Assembly (NCBI RefSeq): GCF_001194135.2
Contig: NC_068991.1
Location: 72,600,546-72,664,545, forward strand
DNA: 64,000 bases
Origin: Octopus bimaculoides
Lineage: Eukaryota
Direction: 5' to 3'
The notes below the pieces were generated by a model that did no database searches, was not told the origin of the DNA, and was given only the letters and a program-made list of their open reading frames with translations. The position numbers were made by a program, and so were the translations under genes. This document shows positions 1 to 12,204 of the stretch, in pieces. Positions within the stretch are counted from its first letter, which is position 1. Every line of letters starts with the position of its first letter.

Positions 1-783
1 ATTACATCTCATATTTTTGACTATATTTCATTTCATTTCATTTTTTAAATCACACTTGGCAAGTTTTTTAATTTCTCTTGTTTTAATTACATTTTAGTTA
101 CTTGCAACCCTTCCTCTGGTTAGGAAATTAGTATCCTAGTTTTGCCAAAAAAAACAAAAGCTCTTTCTCAGCTATCCATCATCATTCCATTCTAACTAGC
201 AAGATGTTAAGGCAAAAAAAAAAAGAGTCTGCTTTTCTTTTTTTTTTTCCTCCAATAGTTAACCAGCCCATAAATTTGTTGTCTCAAGAGTATTTTAATC
301 AAAAAAGTAAAAAAATTTTGTACTCAGTCTGTCATGATAGTGAATCCATTTCTCTCATAATGTTGCTTTATGGTCAACTTAGTGAAAATTGACATGGCAG
401 ATAATTTTAGTTTTCCTTATTTTCCACATAAGCTTTAATTTTCCCCCTTTCCATTTAGTTTCATTTCAGAAGCTTTAGTTAAAAAGAAAGAAGAAAAATC
501 CGCTCACATTCTTTATTTATCCTCATATATTCACCATTCAGAATTCTGTTTGAGAATATGATCTCAAATTTATATCTTAATTTTTAAGTTTTTATTTTAT
601 TGATTTTTTTTTTTGTGAAGTTAATCAAAGATTTTTTTTTGTTTTACTAGTTAGCTTTAAGAGTACACGGTGCAGTCTTTGACAATTTTTCTATCAGTTC
701 CTCAGCTAGCTGCCATAAGAACATTTTTATTATTTGTTAAGCACACTGTGAAAGTAAGAGAGTGAGAAAGATTCCTTGGAAGT

Positions 784-964
784 ATGTCTGCAACTAAAAT
801 GTTTCTGTCAGCTACCCCGGGTGCTGCCAAATCAGACCACGATGTTCCCGTCCATACTGAAGTAGGCAACCACAGCAGCAGCAGCAGCAGTACCGATTCT
901 TCTTCACATGCTCACCATTATTACCTGATATTTTGTGGAGTTTTGTTATCCATATTGAATACAG
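784..964 (+). CDS. Candidate first coding exon of an unknown protein (Ser-rich N-terminus followed by a hydrophobic segment)
   Basis: ATG at 784 preceded by an in-frame TGA; GC-richer than flanks; MSATKMF...SSSSSS...HHYYLIFCGVLLSILNT; ends at ACAG|gtatat donor (phase 1). No downstream exon could be supported. Confidence 0.3.
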
Positions 965-1876
965 GTATATGATGACTAACATTTAACTGACTCTGTAAGA
1001 TAACTATGTGAATAACAGTGATACTTAAGAGAACAAACAATGTGTATGTACGTAGTTCTCTCCCCCACCCCTCCTACACTTATGTGTGAGATGTTAGACA
1101 GCTTCTCTTTTTTTTTTGACCAGAACGTTTTTTTTTTGGATTTTTTTTTTGGATTTTTAAACAGTTCACTGCTGGTCTTTTTTTTTTCTGTTTTCTTCAA
1201 AGGAATATAATATCTTGATAAGTGGCACATAAAATTACTTACATCTCATATACAAAAATAAAGCATGCAAAGAAATCTAAAATGTTCATCTTATCAAGTA
1301 AAAAAAAAAAAAAAAAAATTCATTGAAAGAAAAACTTTTTTCTTTCATTGAAGACAAATCTGCTAACACTCTTTATTTCATATATTTATTTATATTTTAT
1401 TTATTTTCAATTTGTTTGCAACGTTCATTCGTGGAATTTTATTTTCCAATTTTTTTAAAAAACTAATTAAGAATCACAGTTCTTCATTTATGGCTTTTTA
1501 AATTCTTTGACAGTGATCTCATTCCATTACAAAAAAAAAAAAAAAACCCAACAAAAAAGCCTTTCACATATCATCTTTGATTTCTGTTGCCTAATTTATC
1601 TATTTAGCAGTGTCTCTTTTATATGTTTTAAACAATTTTTTTTTATTGTAATTATTCGTTTCCTAGTTTTAATTATTTATTATTCATAAGCCATGGCTAT
1701 CAAACTGATTAAATGTCTTGTATGATGCCAAATACACGAACACACAAAAGCAAAAAATAAAAAAAATAAACAGCAAATATTTTTTATTTTATTTGTTTTT
1801 TTAAAACTATAGAAAACTAATTCCTAAGTATTTTGCTTAAATCCATTAATTTTCTTTTCTTCAGTTTTTTTCTGTT

Positions 1877-1879
<3 letters not shown>

Positions 1880-1941
<62 letters not shown>
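1880..1941. repeat. (ATT)n microsatellite
   Basis: Direct reading. Confidence 0.95.
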
Positions 1942-1943
<2 letters not shown>

Positions 1944-1946
1944 AGT

Positions 1947-2156
1947 GGCGAGCTGGCTGAACCGTTAGTGCACCGGACGAAGTGCTTAGCGGTATTTCAC
2001 CTGTTGCTATGTTTCCGGTTCAAATTCCGCCGAGGTTGACTTTGCCTTTCATCCTTTCGGGATCAATAAATTAAGTACCAGTTGCGTACTAAGGTCAATC
2101 AAATCAACTGGACCCCCTTCCCCAAAATTTCAGGTCTTGTGCCTGTAGTTGAAAGG

Positions 2157-2160
<4 letters not shown>
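1947..2160 (+). mobile_element. tRNA-derived SINE, family A (ggcgagctggcagaa head)
   Basis: A-box-like tggctgaaccgtt and B-box-like ggttcaaattcc; central gactttgcctttcatcctttcggg...aagtaccag; ends in (TTA)n. Confidence 0.9.
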
Positions 2161-2201
<41 letters not shown>

Positions 2202-2576
2202 GTTGATTTTCTCTTTATTTCTATACTAATGACATAACTGATCACTCCTCTCCTCCCGTACACACAACTGCTATATTCTTTAGCTGTTGTTACACTTAGA
2301 ATCTTTGTACAATAAATAACAAATAACAACATCTTTTGAGATCAACCATAGCTTGCTGGAATTGGTTTGAAGTAAAACACCTTAAAAATATGAGCTTAAT
2401 ACTTGAACACAATGAAATTCTAGTTCCAATTCTGAAAACCCATTTTTCTTTTATTGATTCCATGAACAATAATGTATGCTACTATTTAACACTGAGTCAT
2501 CACAAAGATAGCAGAATTTATATTTAGGGGTAGGGGTTAGGTGATACAAACAAGAAAATAGAACTCAAAATATGAG

Positions 2577-2613
<37 letters not shown>

Positions 2614-3859
2614 TTATTATTCATAGCTGGAAGATGCTACCGAGTGACTCAAGGAATAAGAGTTTTGTGTGTTGGCAAGAAACTCTCGGTCTTTGTGTCA
2701 CTGTGTAACCTCTGCTGATTATTAAGGATAAAAATATATTTAAAGACATATTCATTTGTAAGCTCTGACAGCCAATTTTAAATGATAATTTTCAAATTCT
2801 AAATAACCATTATTTCTTTCAGTTTGGAAATTGTTCAAATTGGGATTTTTTTTTACTTGTTATTTAGAGGAAGTAATGAATAAAAAAAGAAAATTATTGA
2901 TGCAGTTAATCAATGATTATCGTAGGCAATATATATTTTTATGTTGCCATAAGTAAAATTGGGTTAATACTTGTATAAGGTAAATAAACGTTTTGAAGAA
3001 ATTTTAGGAAATATTTTATAGCAAGTGTAAATCATGCATGTGTGTGTGTGTATGTAAGTATATATATATGTTTATACATATGTATACACACACATGTATA
3101 TATATATATATATATATATATNNNNNNNNNNNNNNNNNNNNNNNNNNNNNNNNNNNNNNNNNNNNNNNNNNNNNNNNNNNNNNNNNNNNNNNNNNNNNNN
3201 NNNNNNNNNNNNNNNNNNNNNNNNNNNNNNNNNNNNNNNNNNNNNNNNNNNNNNNNNNNNNNNNNNNNNNNNNNNNNNNNNNNNNNNNNNNNNNNNNNNN
3301 NNNNNNNNNNNNNNNNNNNNNNNNNNNNNNNNNNNNNNNNNNNNNNNNNNNNNNNNNNNNNNNNNNNNNNNNNNNNNNNNNNNNNNNNNNNNNNNNNNNN
3401 NNNNNNNNNNNNNNNNNNNNNNNNNNNNNNNNNNNNNNNNNNNNNNNNNNNNNNNNNNNNNNNNNNNNNNNNNNNNNNNNNNNNNNNNNNNNNNNNNNNN
3501 NNNNNNNNNNNNNNNNNNNNNNNNNNNNNNNNNNNNNNNNNNNNNNNNNNNNNNNNNNNNNNNNNNNNNNNNNNNNNNACTCACTTTAAAGATTATAATT
3601 TGTACCAATTCCAATCTCTTTCTGCAAGATCTATTCTGACAAAATAAATGGCATTATTTTCCCTTCCAGTAAAGTTCATATTTGAAGCAGCTCAGCTTTA
3701 CTACAAAATAACTTATTTACATAAATATCTGAGTAAATTTTGTTTTCTTTCTTTTCTTTTCTTTTCTTTCTTTTCTTTCTTTTTTTTTTTTTTTGAAAAC
3801 CAACTTGTCTTTGGGTTAATTCCAACACCTGAATATACTGTTGTTTTGCTGTTGTTAAC

Positions 3860-3967
3860 ACCAATACCAAATACAGAACCACCACTACCACTATAACCAC
3901 CACCACCACCACCACCACTACCACCACCGTCACCACCGCCACCACTACAGCCAGACCTACTACCACA

Positions 3968-4008
<41 letters not shown>

Positions 4009-4010
4009 AA
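3860..4010. repeat. Compound (ACC)n/(ACT)n microsatellite
   Basis: Direct reading; explains the poly-Val ORF at 3676-4017. Confidence 0.95.
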
Positions 4011-4549
4011 ATAGCATTATCTTTGATTATTTATCTTTGATTTTTTAAAATATTTATGTTGTTTTCTTTTTAAGTTCTTCATCCATTCATCATTCCTCAT
4101 ATCATTATATATCATATCATCAATAAATGTCATTCATCTCCTCATGCCTTTCTATTATTATTATTATTATTATTATTATCATTATTATTATTATTATTNN
4201 NNNNNNNNNNNNNNNNNNNNNNNNNNNNNNNNNNNNNNNNNNNNNNNNNNNNNNNNNNNNNNNNNNNNNNNNNNNNNNNNNNNNNNNNNNNNNNNNNNNN
4301 NNNNNNNNNNNNNNNNNNNNNNNNNNNNNNNNNNNNNNNNNNNNNNNNNNNNNNNNNNNNNNNNNNNNNNNNNNNNNNNNNNNNNNNNNNNNNNNNNNNN
4401 NNNNNNNNNNNNNNNNNNNNNNNNNNNNNNNNNNNNNNNNNNNNNNNNNNNNNNNNNNNNNNNNNNNNNNNNNNNNNNNNNNNNNNNNNNNNNNNNNNNN
4501 NNNNNNNNNNNNNNNNNNNNNNNNNNNNNNNNNNNNNNNNNNATCATCA

Positions 4550-4583
<34 letters not shown>

Positions 4584-4589
4584 CATCAT

Positions 4590-4900
4590 TTTATTTTACT
4601 TTTAATCTGCATGTCTGTTACAGTCACTTGCCGAGACACACCCAGTTTCCTGGGACGAGTGAAAGATAAGAGATGCTACAGTTTGACTGAAAGCTTGGTG
4701 TGGCAGGCGCAGTAGCAAAATATCTTCATGTAATACAATACATTTAAATGGATAGGGTTTTTCCAAGGATGTGGACAATACTTATCAGTACAATCTTTTG
4801 GATTTCTCTGAGACATGGTTCTCCTGGGATGTTGTCTAGATGTTTCTAACATCCCTTTTTTATCATATCTAGGGCACCTACAATAACAGGAACAGTTCTT
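4590..4900 (-). mobile_element. 5'-truncated R4/Dong-like (RLE-encoding) non-LTR retrotransposon 3' end in a TAA microsatellite
   Basis: 4896-4744 translates TVPVIVGALDMIKKGC*KHLDNIPGEPCLREIQKIVLISIVHILGKTLSI*, matching the RLE C-terminal pattern PVIVGALG...LQK..LLGT..IL; one internal stop; TAA-type repeats on both sides. Confidence 0.8.
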
Positions 4901-5542
4901 GTTTATTATTCTTATTATTATTAATTTTAAATTGTGGTGTCAAAGTCTGCCACCAAAGAAAATGCATAATTAAAAGGCCTCACCAAGGAACACAAGCTTG
5001 TTATCACTATTGTCATCATTATCAGCGTCACCATCATCAGCATCAGCATCAGTAGTAGCATTGTCATCGTCAGCTTCATCATCATCATCAGCATTGGTTT
5101 CCAAATACTTCTCTCATTGCCACCCTGGAATTCCACTCCGCCCACCATATCATTGCATTTTTCATCTCTGATGCTTACCTCTTTAATTTTTATCGAAGAC
5201 ATGGCTAAGATGACTACCATCAAGGCATTTGTTTCAAATAAATTTTAAGCATTAAAAGTTTTGAATTGAGTTAAAGATTGAACTTTTTTTTTATCAATTT
5301 AATACAAACTAATTTCTTTCTTATTCATTAACTAATATAATGCTTAACCAAATTCTTCTACAATGTCCATTCAGTTCACTAAAAATTTGTTGTTGTTATC
5401 ATTGGTTTCAATTCCATTATAAAATCAGTCCCATAGTTTGTCTCTGGTCACATTCCTATATATTTCAATTCAGCAAATAATTAGTTCTGATCAGTTATTC
5501 TTTATTATCACTCAGTCTGCCATATTATTAACACAACAATAC

Positions 5543-5597
<55 letters not shown>

Positions 5598-5820
5598 TAT
5601 TGAAATACTGTGTTTTTGTTTTCCATGTCATTTTCAACTCATCAAATCATCAAACCGTCACCTCTTTCATTTCAACAGAATATTCTTTGGAACCTCTGGT
5701 TGTGTGTTTATAGTTTGTATGTATGTATGTATATACATATATATATACATATATATATGTGTGTGTATATATGTATGTGTATTTATATATATGTATGTAT
5801 GTATATACATATATATATAG

Positions 5821-5889
<69 letters not shown>

Positions 5890-5907
5890 TATGTATGTAT
5901 GTATGTA

Positions 5908-6110
5908 TACCATTATCATCATCATCATTGTCATTGCCTTTTAGCGTCCATCTTCCATGCTGGCATGGGCTGGATAGTTTGACAGGATCCAATGGATTCA
6001 GGGATTGCATCAGGCTCCAGTGTCTTTGGCATGGTTTCTATGGCTAGAGACCCTTTCTAATGCCAACTGACTTGATAAAATGTGTTGGGTGTTTTCTCTT
6101 GGCGCCACCA
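5908..6110 (-). mobile_element. SINE/LINE-tail repeat, family D (catcatcat...ttccatgctggcatggg)
   Basis: Same motif recurs near 19680, 20150, 22550, 24345, 27345, 28230 and 33560. Confidence 0.7.
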
Positions 6111-6519
6111 TGTATGTATGTATGTATGTATGTATGCATGCATACACATATATACATTTATATATGCATGTATAAATTACCATTAAATTATTTCAAACCC
6201 ATCATTCCTTATCATTCTTCATTCACAGTTTCATCTTTATTTTTCATATTTCTTTTCAATATTATTTAATTTTAGTTTGATTTTTCTTTGTATGATAGCT
6301 TATATTGCTGCAGAATATTGCTTCTCCCCTCCCTCCCCCAGTTCCACATACTTTCTACCATTACATTCTCTTTGATAATAATTCTAACCTCAAATTACTT
6401 AGAAAGGAAAATGAACAATAAAAATTACATCTGAAACAAGACACATCTCTGTTAATCATCTCTGGTGAATGTAACTAACCTTGACTAGGAGGAGTCCAAC
6501 TTTCATCCCCTCCCCTTAC

Positions 6520-6594
6520 CTCCCATTGGCAGGTCAGCAGGGCTGGCCGTATCACTGTCTAATTTCCCCTTCTGACTTCCACTTGAGCTTCTCT
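6520..6594 (-). CDS. Candidate internal exon (phase 1-1) of the minus-strand gene
   Basis: ctattccag| ... |gtaagg; only one open frame: (E)RSSSGSQKGKLDSDTASPADLPMG; 75 nt. Confidence 0.3.
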
Positions 6595-6610
6595 CTGGAA
6601 TAGATAGTAT

Positions 6611-7007
6611 ATTCTTTTACTTGTTTCAGTCATTTGACTGTGGCAATGCTGGAGCACTGCCTCTAGTCGAGCAAATTGACCCCAGGACTTATTCTTTGTA
6701 AACCTAGTACTTATTCTATCGGTCTCTTTTGCCGAACCACTAGGTTATGGGGACATAAACACAACACAATCAGTTGTCAAGTGATGTTGGAGGGACAAGC
6801 ACAGACATACAAACATATACACACAAATACATATATACATATAGACGATGGGCTTCTTTCAGTTTCCACCTACCAAATCTACTCACAAGGCTTTGGTCGG
6901 CCCGAGGCTATAGTAGAAGACACTTGCCCAAGGTGCCATGCAGTGGGACTGAACCTAGAACCATGTGGTTGGTAAGCGAGCTACTTACCACACAGCCACA
7001 CCTGCAC
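6611..7007 (-). mobile_element. Full-length SINE, family B (ggcgcaggagtggctgtgtggtaag head, gtaaaaga tail)
   Basis: Head, ccttgggcaagtgtcttctac core, central microsatellite and aatgactgaaacaagtaaaaga tail all present. Confidence 0.92.
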
Positions 7008-7244
7008 TTATCCTGAAATTTTTATAAATATTTCTAATATAAATTGGAAATAACTTTATAGATTCCTGTTTCTAGCAAGCAATCCTTGATAATTATTAAT
7101 TAGTACCACTTAATTTTCTTGTTATAACTTACATGGTCCTAATATAGCTCGAGATACATTTAAAAAAATGTGTTATGAATAAATTTCACCAGAGAAAGTT
7201 TCTTTTAAGTAAATTTTAATTCTAATATATAATGAAAATCATCA

Positions 7245-7460
7245 CTAATCTCTCCAGCAGTGAACCAATGAAAGAATCTCCATGTGGTCACTCAGCATGT
7301 TAGAAATAGTAGCCAAAATGTCCTTAAATTGTACCCTAGTCTAAAAAAATGGAAACAAAGAATTCGTTGGATAATGTCATTCTGGATGGGATGGTCATGG
7401 CTGGACCAGCTTTGACCATAGGTCTGCTCAATCAAGCCTGACCTGGAGCTAAATGATAAC
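7245..7460 (+). mobile_element. Interspersed repeat, family E (cagcatgttagaaatagcagcc...ggtcatggctgga)
   Basis: Related copies near 7690-7800, 13390-13610, 45000-45070, 51385-51600 (-) and 63060-63140 (-). Confidence 0.65.
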
Positions 7461-8162
7461 ATTAATTCTCTTAATTTCCCCATTCAATATTTAAAAGGCT
7501 AAGAATGCATTCAATACATTATATATTTGATCTGTCTTTTAAATCAAATGCTGACTGTTCTTGGCTAATATTCCGGTGAATATTTTCTAGTTTATAAATA
7601 TTTCTCTGCATTGCTTTTTCGTTAAACATTTATCTATTCAATTTTTTAATTTTCAAACCGACTGAGGAACAAACTCACTTAGGTATTCTTCAGCCTGCTA
7701 CAAATAGTAGCCAGTCCTTCCTCAAATCGCACCCTACCATTTTTAAAGAAAGACATTTACTATGTCTGGAAAAAAAAGATTCAATGGTCATGACTGAAAT
7801 TAAAATGTTTTCATCATAGATCTTTTCAACCAGAACTAACCTTGAGTTAATCAGCAGCTATCCTCATTTTTATTTTGCTCTATTTCTATACCAAAGAATG
7901 AAAAAGTATTTGTATGTAAATTTCCTTTTGGTGCCATGCTGTTTAACAGAAATTCCCATTCTTTTAATGCACTAGAAATTTTATTGATTTTATTATTACA
8001 ATTTATTGATTTATTATTTTTTTTTTGTGGGTCCCAATAAAAATACTTTGACAACATCTTTAATGTAGATTTCTCTTAAATTTTGGTGATGCTAGCTTTG
8101 TTTCTTTTAGGTTCCTCATTCATAATTAATTCATTATAATCAAGCAGCAAGAAATGATAAGC

Positions 8163-8397
8163 TTAATCCATTCGTTACCATATTTCTATTAAAATACATT
8201 GCATTTATTTCAGTTACTTTTAGAAAAAATAATGAAAAAGATCTAATGAAATAACTCTGTCCTCATTAACCTGGTTTTTGGAACATAAATTAACATGGAA
8301 TCTTGCTGGAAAGTCTTAATTTCGATTACTTTGAAACAGGAAGTTTGCATTCTAGAACAAGAAGTGGTTTCAAGCGGGTTGATATTAAAAGGGTTAA
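8163..8397. mobile_element. piggyBac-like MITE, copy 1
   Basis: TTAA flanks; left end ttaa-tccattcgttacc, right end aaaaggg-ttaa; internally homologous to 10424-10644. Confidence 0.65.
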
Positions 8398-8624
8398 AAT
8401 GTATATTAAAAGTGAAATTTAATTTTTCCTAATCAAAACAAAAACAAAAAATGAAGAACCCCTTGATATAAATCTTAATTGTTCTATCTAAATCTTTCTT
8501 CTTTAAGCATGTTTTTTTTTACAGAGATCAAGTGAATTCTTTTCAAGATCGATAGGCTTTTCATTTATGTTTTCTAATATTTTAAAGTTAAGGTTGTTAG
8601 TAAAATAATAAATGCGCCCTTTTA

Positions 8625-8842
8625 AAGCCTAGCCAGGCTCATGGGCCCGGTTTCCCAGTTTCAATGGCGTATGTGTTCCCCAGCTGGATGGGACACCAGT
8701 CCATCGCAGCGTTACTCATTTTTGCCAGTTGAGTGGACTGGAGCAACGTGAAATGAAGTGTTTTGCTCAAGAACACAACACGTCGCCCGGTCCAGGAATC
8801 GAAACCACAATCTTACGATCATGGTGCTGACACCCCAACCAC
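8625..8842 (-). mobile_element. SINE, family C (gtggtttcgattcctggaccggg...ttgtgttcttgagcaaaacac)
   Basis: B-box-like gtttcgattcc; other copies at 27965-28125 (-), 38315-38450 (+), 46018-46160 (+). Confidence 0.8.
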
Positions 8843-9444
8843 AAGGTTGTTTGTAACCCCCCAAAAATGGTTGTTACTTAGCCCATTTCAATATGAAGTA
8901 CTTGCTGCNNNNNNNNNNNNNNNNNNNNNNNNNNNNNNNNNNNNNNNNNNNNNNNNNNNNNNNNNNNNNNNNNNNNNNNNNNNNNNNNNNNNNNNNNNNN
9001 NNNNNNNNNNNNNNNNNNNNNNNNNNNNNNNNNNNNNNNNNNNNNNNNNNNNNNNNNNNNNNNNNNNNNNNNNNNNNNNNNNNNNNNNNNNNNNNNNNNN
9101 NNNNNNNNNNNNNNNNNNNNNNNNNNNNNNNNNNNNNNNNNNNNNNNNNNNNNNNNNNNNNNNNNNNNNNNNNNNNNNNNNNNNNNNNNNNNNNNNNNNN
9201 NNNNNNNNNNNNNNNNNNNNNNNNNNNNNNNNNNNNNNNNNNNNNNNNNNNNNNNNNNNNNNNNNNNNNNNNNNNNNNNNNNNNNNNNNNNNNNNNNNNN
9301 NNNNNNNNNNNNNNNNNNNNNNNNNNNNNNNNNNNNNNNNNNNNNNNNNNNNNNNNNNNNNNNNNNNNNNNNNNNNNNNNNNNNNNNNNNNNNNNNNNNN
9401 NNNNNNNNNNNNNNNNNNNNNNNNNNNNNNNNNNNNNNNNNNNN

Positions 9445-9485
<41 letters not shown>

Positions 9486-10142
9486 TATATATATCATCTG
9501 TTGATTATATATATGTGTGTGTATGTATGTATATGTATTTATGTATGCATGCGTGTATGTCTGTGTGTCTGTCTACATATGCTGCTCGCTTATTCAAAAG
9601 TCATGTTGTTTGTGTGGTGCTCTGTTGGCATTTCGCCTGTCGATGGATCACCCACTCACTTCGTGCCTTTAAAGCCATATGTAAAAATATAAAGTAAGGT
9701 TTAGTGTCAGGAAGGGCATCCAACTGTAAAACAAAACCCTCAATAATATTTGTCTAACCTATGGAAAATCAAATGTAAAACAAACACCAAAAAATATTTT
9801 CATGTGTGTTGAATTGTGCCAAATGTATACAAATATTTACAATTATTTGTTGACCTTTTACTTTCAACTGATATATTTTGTTTCACTTTTGTCCACCATC
9901 TTAAATGTACAAAGTTTGAAAGACTGACATCTTAATCTCCTCTCAGTACTCGACTTAGTGGCATCACAATAATACACATCCAGAAAAATTAATGTTATAT
10001 TTTATTTTAGGGGCTGCTGTAGTTGCTCCCAAATTTACTTCATTGTTCAGATTGCAGTCCTAACACAGATATTAATTCTACTAAAATTTTTGTCAGTATT
10101 ATTATACATGGAAATATTCCAAATCTTAACTCCCATCCTGTC

Positions 10143-10294
10143 CAGTGCCGTCCTAAGGCAAGGACACTGGACAGTTTTATAGGGCCCCCAACTCTGATTT
10201 CTGTATGCTGTGGCTTGCTGTCAATAAATAAATACTATAAGGCCCAATGCATTGATATGCTCAGGGACCTATAATGCTGCTTAGATGGCCCCTG
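10143..10294. mobile_element. hAT-like MITE
   Basis: Imperfect TIRs cagtgccgtcctaag / cttagatggcccctg; 8-bp TSD atcctgtc / atcctatc (one mismatch). Confidence 0.55.
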
Positions 10295-10423
10295 ATCCTA
10301 TCACTTCTCCTGTCACTGATTAATTTAATTTTTCAGCTAGTTGATAGAAAATAGCTATAGCCTGTTACATTTTTTTCATGGTCTTTGATTGTCAGATATG
10401 CTCTCAGTAGGGTCGATTTTATT

Positions 10424-10644
10424 TTAAACCCATTTCTCCTTTGTTACCATATTTCTGCTGAAATACACTGCCTTTGTTTCAATTTATTTTGAAAATTATG
10501 AAGAATTTAATAAAATAACTGTCAGTATTAAGCTGGTGTCTGGAACATAAATTTACAAGAAATTAGAATGGAAGGTTAGAGCAGTAAGCTTGTACCATAG
10601 ATCCAAGGAACAGTCTCAGGTGGGTTGTTATCAAAAGGGTTTAA
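10424..10644. mobile_element. piggyBac-like MITE, copy 2
   Basis: ttaa-acccattt ... aaaagggt-ttaa; shares gttaccatatttct..aaatac..tgc and ggaacataaatt with copy 1. Confidence 0.6.
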
Positions 10645-11496
10645 ATTTTGACTCAACCCTTCGTTGGCCAATATCCTACTTTATATATACTCACCAGATA
10701 CACTGTTTGGTAAGAATCATTTGCTTGCTCTTTTCAATTTATTGAGCAAGATTGTTTTAATTGTGATCTTATGTTTGTCTGTGATTATTTTGGCCCTTTT
10801 TAATTCTAGGCTCTTATTTGTGGTTTTGAAATTTAAATTAATAAAAGTCTTACTCATTCTGTAATGAAGAACAGTCATCTGTATATAAACATTTCTGTTA
10901 AACATGTTATCTTAAATCCACTTGTGATAGAAACTATGGGCTCAGAGCAGTACACCGGTAAACATTTCTTACAAAACCAATTAAATCTTGAATTTACAAT
11001 TTTTTATTTATGAATATCAATGTTTTAAAATGAATTATAAATGATGGTATGTTATTCAGAATTCTGTGGAATATATTTCTGGTTCATTACAGATTTTCCT
11101 TAGCCAGATATTCTTGTGTAATGATATAATGTTCATGCAATATCTTTTTTTGTTTTTGTACTTTTTTGTTTTAATGGCTTCTTCTTAGAATGCCCCTATG
11201 GCACTTTTAGGGTAATCCCCTCATATCTCTAATTAAAAAGATATCTGGAGTGAAAACAGCCAAAATAACAATGGAATTGGGATTGGAGTCTCTTTAAATT
11301 CAACTGGCCAATTATTGTTTAGGTTTTAACCATACCTCCTTCAGTGTTTCTCATGAGATAAACACCGGAGGAGTGACAATTTCTCTATACTGTCTGGATT
11401 TAGACTAATTTGTTGTATTTAACAGTGTTATATGGTTTCTACACTCTCTTAACCATTTGACAACGTTGCTAACATATCAGTCATTAAGATATATAC

Positions 11497-11633
11497 CTTT
11501 GTAAGGAGTCTCGTTAGACCAAGATAACTGCTTTAACAGCTTGAAGCATTTCCATGCTACCTTTTTGTTTTCCCAAATTACAAATGTGCCTGCATTGTTA
11601 CATGTTATTCTTGTGTATGTTTTGCCATGCCTT
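11497..11633 (-). CDS. Candidate exon of the minus-strand gene
   Basis: Very strong acceptor ttttttttctctccag|. Either internal (phase 2-1) RHGKTYTRITCNNAGTFVIWENKKVAWKCFKLLKQLSWSNETPYK ending AAG|gtatat, or terminal (phase 1) EGMAKHTQE* with stop at 11605-11607. Confidence 0.4.
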
Positions 11634-12100
11634 CTGGAGAGAAAAAAAAAATGGAAGACATTCAGTTGATCTTCTTCTCACAGTCAAGGATCCCACTTGC
11701 TTTGCTTTCTTTTTTGTTATAGACTTAAAACTTGTTATTTCATCATTTTATCACTTTGCTTGTTATTATTGGTGTGCCCATTAAGTTTGACCATTCACTT
11801 GGTCAAATATCATTATTCCTGATCTCAAAAGACATTGATCACACAACCTCACTAGAGAGAGATTTCTTTCCAAAATGTGTTTCCTTTAACTTCAACAAAT
11901 TACTTTTTCCTTGCTACCTACTTGCCTTATTTTCATCATTTCACCTTTCATCTAGCAAACAGTTTAACTTATATTGAAGATATATTCTCATTAAGGATTA
12001 GTTTTCTAGATTTCTACTCTACAATTCTATATTTAAGAGATGAGGAATTATTTACATTATTTACATTTGACGGATTTTTGTCCTCATCTTGTTTGTTGTT

Positions 12101-12146
12101 AACACAACGTTTCGACTGATATACCCTTCAGCCTTCATCAGGTTTG
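12101..12146 (-). ncRNA. Minimal type I hammerhead ribozyme motif (mirror copy)
   Basis: Reverse complement reads caaacCTGATGAaggctgaagggtatatcagtcGAAAcgttgtgtt; core and ACGT intact, 5' strand of stem I eroded. Confidence 0.55.
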
Positions 12147-12158
12147 AAATTTCCCCAA

Positions 12159-12204
12159 GACACCTGATGAAGGCTGGAGGATATATTAGCCGAAATGTTG
12201 TGTT
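12159..12204 (+). ncRNA. Minimal type I hammerhead ribozyme motif
   Basis: Stem I gacac/gtgtt; CTGATGA at 12164-12170; extra A; stem II ggctg/tagcc; GAAA; stem III palindrome ACGT mutated to ATGT; cleavage triplet GTT. Confidence 0.6.

Noticed and set aside
4624-4715. + strand exon candidate VTCRDTPSFLGRVKDKRCYSLTESLVWQAQ* in phase with 784-964
   Set aside because: Lies in the 3'UTR of the minus-strand R4/Dong-like fragment
8270-8352. Minus-strand open segment MQTSCFKVIEIKTFQQDSMLIYVPKT between AG and GT
   Set aside because: Inside a piggyBac-like MITE copy
10698-10709. 12-nt + strand micro-exon (DTLFG) overlapping a consensus minus-strand donor
   Set aside because: Only splice-like hexamers; the minus-strand frames upstream of the donor are closed or lack a good acceptor
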